DNA from: Balanoglossus misakiensis
Lineage: Eukaryota > Animalia > Hemichordata
Reading direction: 5' to 3'
DNA length: 64,000 bases
NCBI GenBank assembly: GCA_040954595.2
Contig: CM082595.2
Coordinates: forward strand, 4,201,943 to 4,265,942
Shown here piece after piece: positions 21,810 through 35,143 of this stretch. The position numbers and the translations under genes were made by a program. The notes below the pieces were generated by a model that was not told where the DNA came from, did not search any database, and was given only the letters and a program-made list of their open reading frames with translations. Positions within the stretch are counted from its first letter, which is position 1. The number at the start of each line of letters is the position of its first letter.

Positions 21810-24800
21810 CTGTAAATATATAAATGATAGGTATACTAGATTGTCAGTTTCTAATTCTGTATGGAGTAAATGTGATGCTGCTTCCAGTGATCTCAGAAGA
21901 ACATTACTGGGACTACAGGCAGGTGGTGCGGTTTGAAAGAGAATCTTGTTTTGGTAAATATGTTTAACATACATTTTTTCTCCTGTGTGAGGTTATATAG
22001 TTAAATCTGTGATTGGCAATTAGTTCTTCGTAAACAAAGCATTCTTACAGCTCTTGGCCAGAAAATTCAGATTTGACGTTAATATGGTCGGCAGTTTACT
22101 ACAGCGCCCCCATCAACAAAATGCCATTTGGCTGACACGAATTGCTCTGGCCATGTGATACCGATCAAACGCCTCTGAAAACGCGACGACAGCTGCCGAC
22201 CGACAAAATCACTTGTTCACCGATGGGCACAAAAGATAGCGATAACAAGCAGAGACTCCCATAAAAGACCCACGGATATATAAACACGGATCTCAGATTG
22301 AATTGTTGTAGGAATTATTTCCCTCGCCTCAAGGCCTGGTGTTTCATGGAAACTAAAAAAAAGATATTCTGTTGGATCATTGAAACATTCAATGCTTACA
22401 TGAAACCTCTACAAAGAGATGCAAGTTAACCCGATTACGTTGTTCTGCCCTGAAAAGGCATTTTACAGCAACTCAAGGGCATTATAATACATGAATAGTT
22501 TATTCATACTTTTCTACTATATTCACAACCCACCTTATTTGACGCGAAGTGATATCAAATATTTTCCTATCATCACACAAGTGATATCCATGTATTTTCA
22601 ATAAGCTTTGTGTTCGCATTATTTTGCTGAAATACACGTGTCTGACTGAGCTAGTCTCTGCCATTGAAATGCGTGAGATTTTTTTTATTCCAAAACATGT
22701 CCTCTGCAGCCACGGATTTGTGCAAGATTTAGTTTCAGAAGACACTGTCTGATTCAGTATCTATTTTGCAGTTGAATTTAACAGTTTTCGATTGTTGTCC
22801 TTCAACTAAAGGAGATAACTGTACCGCGCTATACACACTCCACTAGGAACTGCTGTTAAAACCACATATCTACGATCTGTTTCTAGGGTATACTCCTGGC
22901 AAGCAAGTTCATTAATTCATTTATTTGCGAAACGTGAGACCGAGGGTTTTATAAGGTCAGGCGATTCGCCTAATTGAAATTCCTACTTATCGATACTTTT
23001 TCAAATTCAAATCCAAGATAGTGGCCACTTTGTATTACTTCGGCGTTAATGACGGAGCTACTTTTTAGTGAAATATTCATGGTTCAGGTATAATCTGACC
23101 CTCTGGGTCAAGGGCAGTGAGCACACTACAGCAAATGTTGGCACACTTCGGATGTTGGGAAGATGTTTTATTCAAAATATCGAGAAAGAAAGTTCTGTTG
23201 TCTGCTGATTTAATGGATTTTATTAGCTTTAATTTGGTATGTGATGGGTGATAAAGGGTTTTAATAGGTTATTTTACGAGATGCTCGAACCTGGATTTGA
23301 ACAGATTTGCATGTTATCATTCCCTCTGTGAAAACGTGTCTGAAATTACTACATTGTATATTGCCGGCAACTCAAGTTCCAATTGTGTTCAGGCTTGTTC
23401 ATCATACCTCCCCACACAGATTAATGAGGACAAGACAAGCAAAACATGCAGGCTTTTATATCTACTGATAGACAGGATGATTCTGTACACTAATATCATG
23501 AGAAAATGCTATGGCCACAGGATTTAAAAGCATTGAATGACGTCAAAATATCATTATCAATCCGCTGAGACAGAGTTGAAGACATCGACTGACAGACTGA
23601 AAGATTTTGAACTTCACTGGGGAACAGTTAATTCATCTCGTGATTTTAATGGTCTGTCACTTTGATTAGTCGATTAATGAAGTTTGAAAGCCTTCGCCGC
23701 CACGTTGTCAAAAATCACCCATACGTGTACAAGAGATTACGTGCTTATTTGACGAGACGATGCATTGATTTGTCGGTAATGTAGACAGGCCTGGATATTG
23801 CATGTCATTTTGTCTACCAGAAACAACTGCAGACAAGATGACTCACGACGGTTATGATGAAGACTTTCATTTATCACACATACATGGTACTGAGGAATAC
23901 TCAGTAAAAGACAAAATAGAATCTCAAAGGAAAAGATGCGTACAGTCAAACCTGCCTATAGTCACAGGACTTTACTAAACTGCCTTGATATACAAGTCAT
24001 GCTGATGCTCTGCTCAGCTGGTAGTTTTGGTAGTATTGGCAATGTAGCTGCAGGATGGCTAACATGGCTAACAATAAAGTAACCTGCCCATGTTTATGTC
24101 TGCTTAACGACTTGAAATGTGCGTCTTTTATGTCACTGTCTGTTTAAGCAGTATTGCAGTGTTTGTATAGTGCAAATGGAAGTTCTGGGGATGGCTTCTA
24201 GGTAAATGGGATCGAGACAGCCTATCTAGGGCCTGTTGGTGTACACTCGACGTTGACCATAGTTACTGCAGACCGCATGCTGCTCTCAATGCCAACTGTA
24301 GGAGGAGACCAGATAATGTTTGTATAGAAGATTTCTGATCCAATCGAGTATGCATTGTTCTCTGAATGAGATGTACAGTAAACGTATGTTGAACTCGTTA
24401 CCGTTATCTGTCTCGCTGAAAGGCCGTTTTAATAATCTTCATCCACGACCTTGCTCAATTTGTAGATATTCGATCTGTCCTTTAAAAAGTATCCATTAAT
24501 GGAGAAAAGCCAGTTTGACATTCGTTTATCTAACGCAATCACCTCTTATGGCTACAAAGGACATATCCCTAAGGCCATGAAGTTGACCTTAACACCTACA
24601 TGTATGATATCATAAGCGGAAGGCTTTGTACCTAATTGTTTCCATAATACAAACAGATATGTTAGATTCAGTCCAAGAACATTTCCTCGCACCCAAAAAA
24701 GTGGATTAGATAGACAGAAATTGACCTGTGATAGCAATCACTGCCACCTGTCGACTAGTTTCCTACATGATAGAAAATGTGTTTTGACCTGAGGCACGCA

Positions 24801-27800
24801 AGTTGTATCCGTTTTCATATTCTACATAAGAAACACCGTGGAAATGAAATGTACGATGTCAGCTGCACTGATATTAGTATTCCCGTCCAGACAAATTGCC
24901 AAATTTACGTTTGGTATATTTTAATTGAAGGCACATTTATTCATACTCTGCTTGTATGTGAGACGACAATTGTTCCATTTGATATTAAATGTGAATTCAA
25001 CAACGCAGTGCACTTTATCGCGTTGTTTCCATCAAACCCGTCAAACATAAAGTGGAAATAGCCTTCGCCCAATTTACATAGAAGTTGCTTTTCACAGAGC
25101 GAAGAAAACAAACCAGGAAATTACCATGGAAATGAAACTAGTCTCTGATTCCAGGTTGAATAATTGCAGTGGCAATCATGGCCGCACGCAGCTTAATTTT
25201 CCCACCGATTCCCCCTTCAGCGAAGTGACAGCTGCGCCCGACAAAAGTATTATGTATATGAAGCAAGCAATGATCGGAGAAGCAGGTTTTTATTAGCTCT
25301 TCATACTACGTCTTCTCTCAATGCGCAGCAAATTAGAGGAAAAAATTCAGTAGACTTCACGCATCTCATAAACGAAACATCAATTTCTGAATATGTAAAC
25401 CAATATCTATTTCTAGTTCATTAAAACGGAATAGATATCCATAACAAATTAGCTAAGGAATGTGGTTCAATTAAATAAAACATGGAAGAATGTCAATAAT
25501 GTTAAGAACAGGGATGCAAAAGCTCATTATCCTTGAATATCTGATGATATATTAAACAAATGGTTTGACCCTTTGATTATTTAATCTCCAATGAATAGAA
25601 TATAAGATTATGAATTCAGTTCGACAAGAACATTAACCCTAATTGTCATCCATATATTCTTGGCTTTCACGACAGTATTCAAATGTTGAGGAATTGGCGT
25701 GTCAAGGGAGTCATTAAATTGTGATAAACACGATACTCTCTGTCAATATGTGCTTCCTGTTCTCGAACAGAAGAAAACTAAGCAAGGCATTCAAGAAGGC
25801 ATTGAATAACTTTTGGCTAGCATTGGGCTTAATTTTCGGTTTTGTGAGTTTATAGTGTTTCTAGTCTAAATGCACATGGCTGTCCACAAATGTAGAAGAT
25901 ACGAGAAACTGATGCGGATATGTTTGGTTAAGTCTTATTCATATTCGTCCGTTATAGTGGATTTCCTGGTGCCGCAAATTTGACGGAACATTCTTACTTC
26001 AATTTGATGCGTCGAACTACCCAAACACAGCACCATGCAAGCCAAATTGTTATTTAACATGCACCGACGTTTCTCTCATTTGACAGATGTGCGACTCAAA
26101 GGGCAGCGGAAGTGGCTTCTTTATGATGCCGCATATCCTGCGAATGGAATGTGGGGGGCTCTGCGACAAAGGGTGGTTATTTTCTAAAGTGTAATGCCAG
26201 AGTGCTGTACATGATCATTCACAACAGGACAGGGACATTCATCGTAGCTGCTCTGAATGTCACAAGCGCACCATACTCACGCTGTCGCAATTTCAGTTTC
26301 CATTATCATACCGCCAAGAAATATAGATATGCACTGTTATGGAATACAAATTAGGCTGGCATATATTTGTACAAGACATATTGCTCCTTCGGGGACATGG
26401 TGGGCTGAATTGGGTGAGCGTGATAATGATACGAACATGCTAGATGTCTCAACCGGAATCACTTTTTGGCGTCTGCTGATCTACACAAAGCTGTCCAATG
26501 GTCATCAGTTTGTCCATCTGGGAAAAACCTCAGACCCGAAATGAATTCCAGTGGGATCCATACCAACATTCAAAGTGTTTTACTTCGCCATTTATCGATG
26601 ATGGAGGGATGTGGCGGTCGCCTAGCAACATCAAAGTATGTCATTTCAGTGCCGCCACGCATGTAATTTGAAAACTAGTCGGAAATTTCCCGTGTGAGGG
26701 GAGTCTTGGGGGAATAGACAAATTGCCAAATGCATTTGATGTTATCTGTTCTAAAGGCAATACCCAGGGTCATGTGCTTGCCGCAAATGTTGGTCTTAGT
26801 GGAAGTAGCCCCTAAATACAGTGTGATAAAATCGGAGAATGGGGATCTAACTGTCATTAAAACGTACTTTATCTATCACAGTGGGGATTGAAATCCTCCT
26901 AATTAACTCTCAAATCAAATGCATTGGCGTGAATCAACCAACAAGAAGGACATAGAAGTGCATTCAAGAGGGGATGAGAAATTGTCACATATGTGACGTC
27001 TTCATTGAATTGTAATACCCAGATCATCAAAACAGAATAATATGAAGGGTTTATATTTTTTCATTATTAAACATCACTGATTTATTATTGCTCAGAATAA
27101 GTAAATCCGCCCTGTGCAACCCCATTGCAAAATTCACTGGCCCTTCACAAACAATGTCAGGTCGCCAAAATTACTTTTCAATTGGTTAACTAAGTACTCC
27201 ATGAATCAAGGAGTAATGATTCGAAATAATCCCCACTATCGAAAAACAAAACAGGCCAACCAATGAACCATTGGTGTGATGTTTCTTTTAAGACTACAGC
27301 ATTCATAGTGGGCTTGAATTACCCAGTTACAATCGAAGCAGAACTCCTAGTTTTGAACAAGAAACTGCCATATAGAAAGTCATATTTTGTTTTTGTTTTG
27401 GTTCTGATGGTGGACTGCAGGGCCACTCGGGCAGTGAATGCATCCTTCTGTAATACTGTTGTATCAGGAAGCGGTCTAAGGCATGATAAAGAAAGTACTT
27501 CTATGGTAACAATCTTATCTGCTATCTTTTTAACCCCGCCTTTTGACATTCAAATACTGAACAGTACGATTGCACAAAGCAAAGTCGCTCCAGATAAACT
27601 TCAACAAGACATTATGTATTAAAATCAGCTTGAAGAAGCAAAATACTTATTTCTAACGTGTGTATCAGCATTAAATACACAAATAGTATCGGTTGGCCGT
27701 AGACTGGTCTAAGCTTCCTGTCTGAATGGAAAAATTATATTAAGAACAATTTGGGTATGTGATAAGATTTTGAAATCCGTTTTTGTAACCCATCTCAGAA

Positions 27801-30687
27801 GATTATGTCAGTTGAATATCGATGTATACTTCACATCATATGAATAACAGCAACCTCATATGCTTCGGCCGTCATATTACTTAATGTTAAAGTAAGACAT
27901 GCGTCAGACAAGCAGCAGTTTTCGTTGTGATATAACGATAAAGCGTTTAGAGCACGATTAGGGTGACATTTTACAAAATTCTCCTGCAATTCTCACTGAT
28001 AACGAGGCATTGGACATTTTCACATGGCGAAGGGATGTCTGCTGGTGAATAGTGGCCTTTAATTAGTCTACTTCTTGGCGACTATTTGTATCTTTGAGGC
28101 GTCGCCATTGTTGCATCAAGTCTGCTAGCCGAGGAACCGTTTGCTTTGCTTAAACGGACCTGGGGAGCCATTAAGTGCATCGCATGATGGGATGTCGAAA
28201 GGATTATCAGATGCCAAGGTTTATTTTTTGCCCAGGAATCGTTGCGTCAGTAAAGACACACTCTTCATTCTAGAAACGTTTTAAACATCAGTGATGCAAA
28301 TAATAGGAAATCAGAAAATCTAAACACCAACCAAAGTCATCGTGTGATTGTTTTGCTTATAGGTGCACAATGTTTGAAGGTGACATTCAATTTGATAATT
28401 ATACTATAGAATTTCTAACTGTGAACGATCGACAGAGTTAGGTACTTCTGCTTGTCATGACTTTGTTCGGTATTATCATTGTTGGCAATCATTCTTGGCT
28501 ATCATTTGATAAAAATGTTGTGTGCATCCATAGATCGTTGAGTTGTGACATCTGATGTAATCAAAGGCATGAGTGTGCCAGCAAGTTCGTTCCCTTCGGT
28601 CAGGCAGAAAGTGTTAAATCCGCTCCCTTACTCACTCAACATAGTGTATGTTTTGCCCTGCCATATAATCTGGTGTTAACTTACCCATAAGGGAGTTACT
28701 AAACCAGCACTGGAAAGAATATTACCTATCCGTGTTTCAATTTTTTTGTCTGAATACTAAATCGTCCTAATCACTGTTCAACTGTTTTATAGATGTATAC
28801 GTTAATACAGCTGATAATACTAAAAGGTTCGCGGGCAAAAAATGATTAAAGATGGCGGGGCAATTTGGCGGAAACATCAAAAGATATAGAGGATCACGAC
28901 TTGTATTTTTTACCGCATAGTGATCATAAGAGTCACAAATTGTCAGCAAGTAAGCCTTAAGAAAAGAAAGCCCATAAACACACAGACGTCAATGAGGGCA
29001 CAAAGTTTTTTGTATGATGTAGGAACTGGCTCAACCTCACACGATATGACCATGAGTCTATAGCTCATCAAGAAAACACACACACAAGACACAATGTAAA
29101 TACATTCAAAGCAGTTGCTCGACTTAGCTTCAGATTCAGGGACAATGCTGTCCACCAGCCACTGAACTACCAACTGAGTGTGACAAAGATAGCTCAAAAG
29201 ACTTGGCAGAGACCCGAATAATTTGATAACACTAGGTTTCTATGGAATGTAAATACACACAGGTACGTGTGCGTGTACATAAATATACACAGGTCCCTGG
29301 GTTGTTTACGATTGAGCCATTTGCAGCTTGGTGTTCGATGATTTGTATCACGAGCCTATCTCTCACGTATGTGCAAAATATTGGTACATGATGAATGTAT
29401 GAGAAAATGCTCTCCCTGGGCTTTGCTTAAGAACACACGTCCATTAAGAGATTACATAAAATAAGACTCAAAAGAGAAACCGTCAGGTCTCCGTAATCTC
29501 CCCCAAGGTCACCAATTTATCAAAGAGCAAAACGAAACATCAAAAGCAACTGAGTTCCACAACGGAGGCCAACATTACAGGGCAATACATAGAAAGAAAT
29601 ACAAGAAGACTTAATGTTCACTGGCATTTTTCTCTTTTTGTGTGGGAGCACCTTAGATGTTTCACTCTGTACCGTAAATCAATGAATGCACTACCCGTGC
29701 ACACATCAAATTTGTAGAACATAGAACATATTCTGGGTAATGTTGAACATCAGTGCACATGGTGAGAACAGTGTACTTATGTTCACTACTATCCTGATTG
29801 AACTTATTTGTGGAAAAACCGCTTCATTTTTATACCCAAACCCTAGCAACGTAGAACTCAACCGAGTTTAGATTATAAATATCCTCTACAATGCCGACTC
29901 TTGTTTGGTCGTAAACCTGTCGACAATCAGTAATAAAATATATCAGAGACACGTTTTATTTATTTATATCAGGCTAGCAACATATGTCGTGTCGTTCTGA
30001 TATTTGAGGCCACAAAACTGCTACATATAATATCGCTGAGAGAATAACATATGTAATATGTGATGAACTAATGCTTGCCCTTTCCTACTGAAATGACACT
30101 TGCTTGTTCATTTAATGATCTTAACTACAACAACTGGTATTGTGATATTCGCTTGGGTGTTCACTTATAAAATCTGAAAAAAATGTATTTTGCATCCAAA
30201 CTGATCCTGTTCAGTCCTAATCAGAGATTGACAAGGCACACTGATTGCCTGAAAATTGTTATAACAACTCGATCGCACAACCGTAAGATGACACAAAGCT
30301 TACTTTGGGTTTCCAAAAAAAGCTATCAGCCATATTGTTAAAATGTATCATTTGGGGATGCTACGTTTATTGACAAAATCGCCGACATGATTGTGTAGAT
30401 TGAAGAGAATAAATTGGCACTCGTTCAGCCAGATGTTACTCCGACACACGCAATTCACGAAGGTCGAAGTCAAAATGTTACTCAAACACTTAATAGCCCT
30501 TTGCGAGCATTGACCTCAGAGCCATGGGTCTTTTTAATAAGTAAGCGTTCCACTTTTGAAATCCTGTGAAAGGCTGCTTTGTGACGAGGCGGAAAAGTGG
30601 AAGTTGTTCCTGAATGTCGAAAATGTCAGAACAGTCCATCGTGTGGGTGCACAATTTTGAGTTATGGCCTTCAGACGTGGAAATTAA

Positions 30688-30703
30688 TCCTCTATTGGCT
30701 GAC
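30688..30703 (+). repeat. piggyBac left terminal inverted repeat
   Basis: Reverse complement of 34094-34109 with 1 mismatch; directly follows TTAA. Confidence 0.9.
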
Positions 30704-31282
30704 TAGTATTTACTGGTAGTGGGCAAAGGAAATGACACTGCGCACTCTATGAGTACCTATTTGTAGTTATTTGTAGTACGGCACTGAGGTCTTTGACTGC
30801 CCAGTTGTAATTAGTGGTAGTTGTGTCCGAGCTGGACATTTGACCCCTCCCATGGGAGGAAAAGGCAGACAAAGGAATTATTTTAGGTTGGCACTAATGA
30901 GTGACTGTCTAGCCTAAACATACTGATAGCATATGTCTGGGTCATCGACTGGACAGAAATTTTGGCATAATAAAGGAAGACACTCAGTTTGGAGGACCCC
31001 AATTTCTGAACTGACTGAGTACGAGTTGGCTTTGCTAACACTTGTAACAGGCAGAGTAACTACAACACGGACCATGTACAGACAAAGTGAGTACGATTCA
31101 CTTATACAGTTGCTATGGAGGGGAACAATATGTAGTCTCACTTCAGTACAGTAATTTTTGGCTGGCATTATTGTCGTTGTGCATGAATTTCTGCATGCTA
31201 ATATTTGTACGTTGAAATATTCAATAACAACGTTCCTTTCGTTGTTATTACAGGTTTCAATCAAGTGCATGTCCCATAATGC

Positions 31283-33565
31283 ATGCTGCATGTCATGACA
31301 CTTAGAGAACTTGCCAGTCTTCAAATTACTGAGGGTGAATCATCTCTACTGACAGGCAATGCATTGACCAGATCAGGTGACACTACGAGAAGAGTTCACC
31401 TTAGATTTGATGAAGACGGTCTTGCTAGACCAGCAACTCCTTCCCAAGAGCAAGTGGCGGTAGGGGACAGTTCTGACTCTGAGGACGCCTACCTCAGGTG
31501 TGCTACAGCTAGAAATCGTGTACGTCTTGAACGTTGTGCACAACGCAGGGCTCACAGACGACGAATGAGAGCAATCGCACGTAGCGGTATGTCAGAAAAT
31601 ATGGAGGGCAGTTCCAGTCATGATAGTGATGAGGACTATTCACCGTCAGACGTATCCTCTAGCAGTCTACCTAGTTCTTCTGGGGAGGAAAACTTCTCAT
31701 CAGACACCCAAGGTTTGACTGAGCAAGCTCGTCGAAGAGTAAGACGTAGTCAGCTCACCAGAATTGAAAGCACATGGGTAGATGACGAGTACTCTGAACC
31801 AGATGAATATCCAAGTGGTGACGAAACAGACAGTGAAGTAGAGGATGACGGTTGGTCACCCAGACTGACAAAACGCCATCCACATCCGTTCAGTGGCAGC
31901 AATGAAGGTCCAAATATTGAGATGGATGCAACATCCACCCCATTGGATGTATTCTACCACATGTTCCCCCATGGTCTCATCAAGAAACTAAGAAGGGAAA
32001 CAAATCGTTATGCACGGTGGAGCCAGACAAAGAAGGGCAATGACAGGAGATGGTCCAGGGTAGATGATAATGAGATGCGGGCTCTCATTGGTATCATGGT
32101 GCTGATGGGTCCAGACCCTAAACCAGAAATTGCCGACTACTGGTCACATCATCGTGCCCTGAGAAACGACTTCATTGCCAGTGTGATGCCACGGCAGCGT
32201 TTCCAAAAGCTTATGCAGTACTTTCATTGCAACGATCCTGCCAAGGATCCAGCAAATCTTCGAAACCTACGAAGACGGGCTAGGGAAAGGCAGCGTACAC
32301 CCTTGTACAAAGTTCAACCAATACTGGATGCAGTCTTGGACCGGTTCGCAACACTGTACAACTTGCATGAGCAGTTGTCGATCGATGAAGCAATAATTGG
32401 CTATAAAGGAAGGTATGCTGGTATCCCGACAGTTTTCATCAAAGGTAAACCTAGAGCCAAGGGTTTCAAAGTCTACGCACTGGCAGATGCAGTGACTGGC
32501 TATGTGGGTAATTTGAAGTTTATGACAACCACTGGAAGCCACGAGAGAGATGCCCAAGATGTGTCTCGAACCCTGAGAATCTGCACTGATCTCCTTCAGC
32601 ATGTAGGGGGCAAGTACCATACCCTGTACACAGACAATTTTTATACCAGTACCATTATGGCCGAGACACTGCTTCGAGACCTGAGCACGTACGTTGTCGG
32701 TAGTATGAGACAGGACAGAAGAGGTTTCCCCAATGCATTGCGCACAAACGCCCGGAGAAACCCAGGTATGGGTGCACAAATGCGGAATCTCCAGAGGGGA
32801 CAGTTTGTTTCTAGAGAGAAAGGTGACCAGGTAGTAGTGACCTGGAAGGACTCCAACCTTGTGAACTTCTTGACGACACGGTACGAGGGCTACAGAACAA
32901 ATCACCAGAGAGTGGTGCGATTCATTCGCTCAGCGGAGTCTGGGAGAAAAGTACCATATTCGCTTCCTGCGCCAGAAGTTGCCGACAAGTATAATCTCTA
33001 TATGGGTGGAGTGGATAGAGCCAACCAGCTCCGTTCCTATTACACAGCACAGAGGCAGACCCACAAGTGGTGGAAATATATATTCTTTTATGTGCTGGAT
33101 ACGGCAATAGCGAATGCCTGGCTGATCTACAAAGATAAGATCGATCCAAAGAAGTCCCACAAAAATTTCCAGGTGGAAGTCGGAATGGCCCTGGTTGGTG
33201 GTTACACAAACAGGCACGAAGGTTTGAGAAATTCTGCACCGCCACTTCAAACCTACAAGAACCACACTTTGGTGCATAGCAGTAAGCGTGCGGCAAGCTG
33301 CCGTTTCTGTATCCAGCTGGGAAGGAAGACGAGAAAGGGATGCTATGTCTGTACCGTCTATACATGCAGACAATGTGCCATCCCTCTGTGCATGAAATGC
33401 TTCCTGCCGTACCATCAGGTTGCAACCGGGACACCTACTAAATGCCAGGAGACAGAGATAGAAGAGGCATTATTACAAGAAGCAAGCCGACGCTGGAATG
33501 CTCCTGCACCAAGACGAGGACGGGGACGTGGACGAGCGCAAGTTGCCAGAAGTGCACGCCGTTAA
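31283..33565 (+). CDS. piggyBac transposase (PGBD4-like), 760 aa
   Basis: Catalytic DDD motifs SIDEA, YTDNFYTS and YNLYMGGVD; acidic N-terminus; C-terminal Cys/His-rich domain (CRFC..CRQCAIPLCMKCFLPYH). Confidence 0.97.
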   Translation: MLHVMTLRELASLQITEGESSLLTGNALTRSGDTTRRVHLRFDEDGLARPATPSQEQVAVGDSSDSEDAYLRCATARNRVRLERCAQRRAHRRRMRAIARSGMSENMEGSSSHDSDEDYSPSDVSSSSLPSSSGEENFSSDTQGLTEQARRRVRRSQLTRIESTWVDDEYSEPDEYPSGDETDSEVEDDGWSPRLTKRHPHPFSGSNEGPNIEMDATSTPLDVFYHMFPHGLIKKLRRETNRYARWSQTKKGNDRRWSRVDDNEMRALIGIMVLMGPDPKPEIADYWSHHRALRNDFIASVMPRQRFQKLMQYFHCNDPAKDPANLRNLRRRARERQRTPLYKVQPILDAVLDRFATLYNLHEQLSIDEAIIGYKGRYAGIPTVFIKGKPRAKGFKVYALADAVTGYVGNLKFMTTTGSHERDAQDVSRTLRICTDLLQHVGGKYHTLYTDNFYTSTIMAETLLRDLSTYVVGSMRQDRRGFPNALRTNARRNPGMGAQMRNLQRGQFVSREKGDQVVVTWKDSNLVNFLTTRYEGYRTNHQRVVRFIRSAESGRKVPYSLPAPEVADKYNLYMGGVDRANQLRSYYTAQRQTHKWWKYIFFYVLDTAIANAWLIYKDKIDPKKSHKNFQVEVGMALVGGYTNRHEGLRNSAPPLQTYKNHTLVHSSKRAASCRFCIQLGRKTRKGCYVCTVYTCRQCAIPLCMKCFLPYHQVATGTPTKCQETEIEEALLQEASRRWNAPAPRRGRGRGRAQVARSARR

Positions 33566-33802
33566 AAAAGACTACAGTTTATGAGGACCAGAGTGGGCTC
33601 CTGGGTGGGGTGACCTTATACTTACTCAGTTTTCACGTTATTATTAGTTGGGTGAATGACTGCCCTTCTCTTTGTGTATCTGTAGGACTGATAGTGCGGA
33701 AAGAGATACACAGGAAAGAGATACACCATAGTTGCAGCCCGTGTAGCAGGTAATTCTTGTGAATGCCAAGCCAAGAATTACTGTCAATGAAGTGAGACTA
33801 AC

Positions 33803-33945
33803 TTGTAGTACCATGTACTACTGCAAAGCCAACTCAGACTTTGAAGTATTTGCTGTAGCCAACTTGTACTCAGTTGTAGTACCGTGTACGAACTGCAAAG
33901 CCAACTCAGACTTTGAAGTACTTGCTGTAGCCAACTTGTACTCAG
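33803..33945. repeat. Tandem duplication (two copies of ~71 bp) in the piggyBac 3' region
   Basis: ttgtagtacc..actgcaaagccaactcagactttgaagta..ttgtactcag occurs at 33803 and 33874. Confidence 0.92.
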
Positions 33946-34093
33946 ACGTACTCATGCTTAACCAAGTCGTAATAAATTGTAGTGACCAAAACTGTCCAAG
34001 TCGTAGTTAGTCTGTCTGTCAATGCCTACATATAACACTGGTCAGGGACTGCACTACAAGTAACTACAAGCTGGCAGTTAAAGAGTGCCACCT

Positions 34094-34109
34094 GTCAGCC
34101 AAAAGAGGA
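34094..34109 (-). repeat. piggyBac right terminal inverted repeat
   Basis: Matches the left TIR and is followed by TTAA. Confidence 0.9.
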
Positions 34110-35060
34110 TTAAAAAGAATGTCAATTTAACACTCAGTCTCCACCATATGGCCTGGGAAAGGATGCTTTTACAGTATAACCTAAATGCACATAATCAATT
34201 TGTTGATGAAATTATGTCACTTCTGTCCATATGTTACCTGCTGTTACATTACTTAAGTGATGCTAGAGGTAAACGATACAGCTATAACCTATCAGTTTCC
34301 TAAAACGTCTGTGCTAAAATAAATACATCATGAGTCAACAGTAGTAATGCCTTAAATACATCAAACCAGCTTCTGTATCATGGTAAAGGGACCAGAGTCT
34401 AAGTCTCAAGTTTGAGTACTTAAAATGTCCTCAGTCGAAATCATGACATTTCACTTTTTCCCCCTATCATAATGGCAGTATAAGTGACACATAGGTATAG
34501 TCAGCAAGGAAATATTCCGCATTGACAACTTTAATTCCCTTAACCATGTATACAGGGTTTGCGTCATGACACTATATAGCCAGGCAGGAAATGTCTGCGT
34601 GTACAGGCTGTTAATTGACTTAACTCAGTGCCGGCGAAAATTGGCATATCGGTGTTCCTGGTTAATTCTGTAATCATAAGATTGTCGGTAGATTACTAGG
34701 CAATATCAAGCTATTCAAGTTTTTCTGAGTATTCCAATAGCGGCAACCTCACCAGAATTACACTGCATATCCTGTGGGGTTTAGGGAGATCAAGTATATG
34801 AAAGTTTATTGGTTCAGGGGGGAAAGATAATTGGAGAAGGGCAATGCCGAATGGAGTACAGACAAATATGTACGTGATCAGCATATCCGTCTCACTTCAG
34901 TATAGCGTACAATATTATACCTTGAGTTCTGGACGCCTACGTGTGTATTTTCTAAATGGGATGAGATAGGGTGCAAGTAGAGAAAAAAGAGCCCCTCTTG
35001 TCATATTTAAATGCACATGACATGTAGCTGATTATTGTGCATTAAATATGTTAAGTATGG

Positions 35061-35080
35061 TACATACATACATACATACA

Positions 35081-35111
<31 letters not shown>

Positions 35112-35143
35112 CGGGGTACATACATACATACAGACAGACAGAC
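35061..35143. repeat. (TACA)n/(CAGA)n microsatellite
   Basis: Directly visible. Confidence 0.93.

Larger units (their letters stand above)
30688..34109 (+). mobile_element. piggyBac DNA transposon, 3422 bp, in iGluR intron 2 (antisense to host)
   Basis: TTAA at 30684-30687 and 34110-34113. TIRs TCCTCTATTGGCTGAC and GTCAGCCAAAAGAGGA match 15/16. Contains a transposase ORF. Confidence 0.93.

Noticed and set aside
32267-33434. Long antisense ORFs (212, 170 and 161 aa) inside the transposase
   Set aside because: Shadow ORFs of a GC-balanced coding sequence, with no recognisable motifs.
33759-34010. ORF with repeated CKANSDFEVxAVANLYS peptide
   Set aside because: Translation artefact of the 71-bp tandem duplication.
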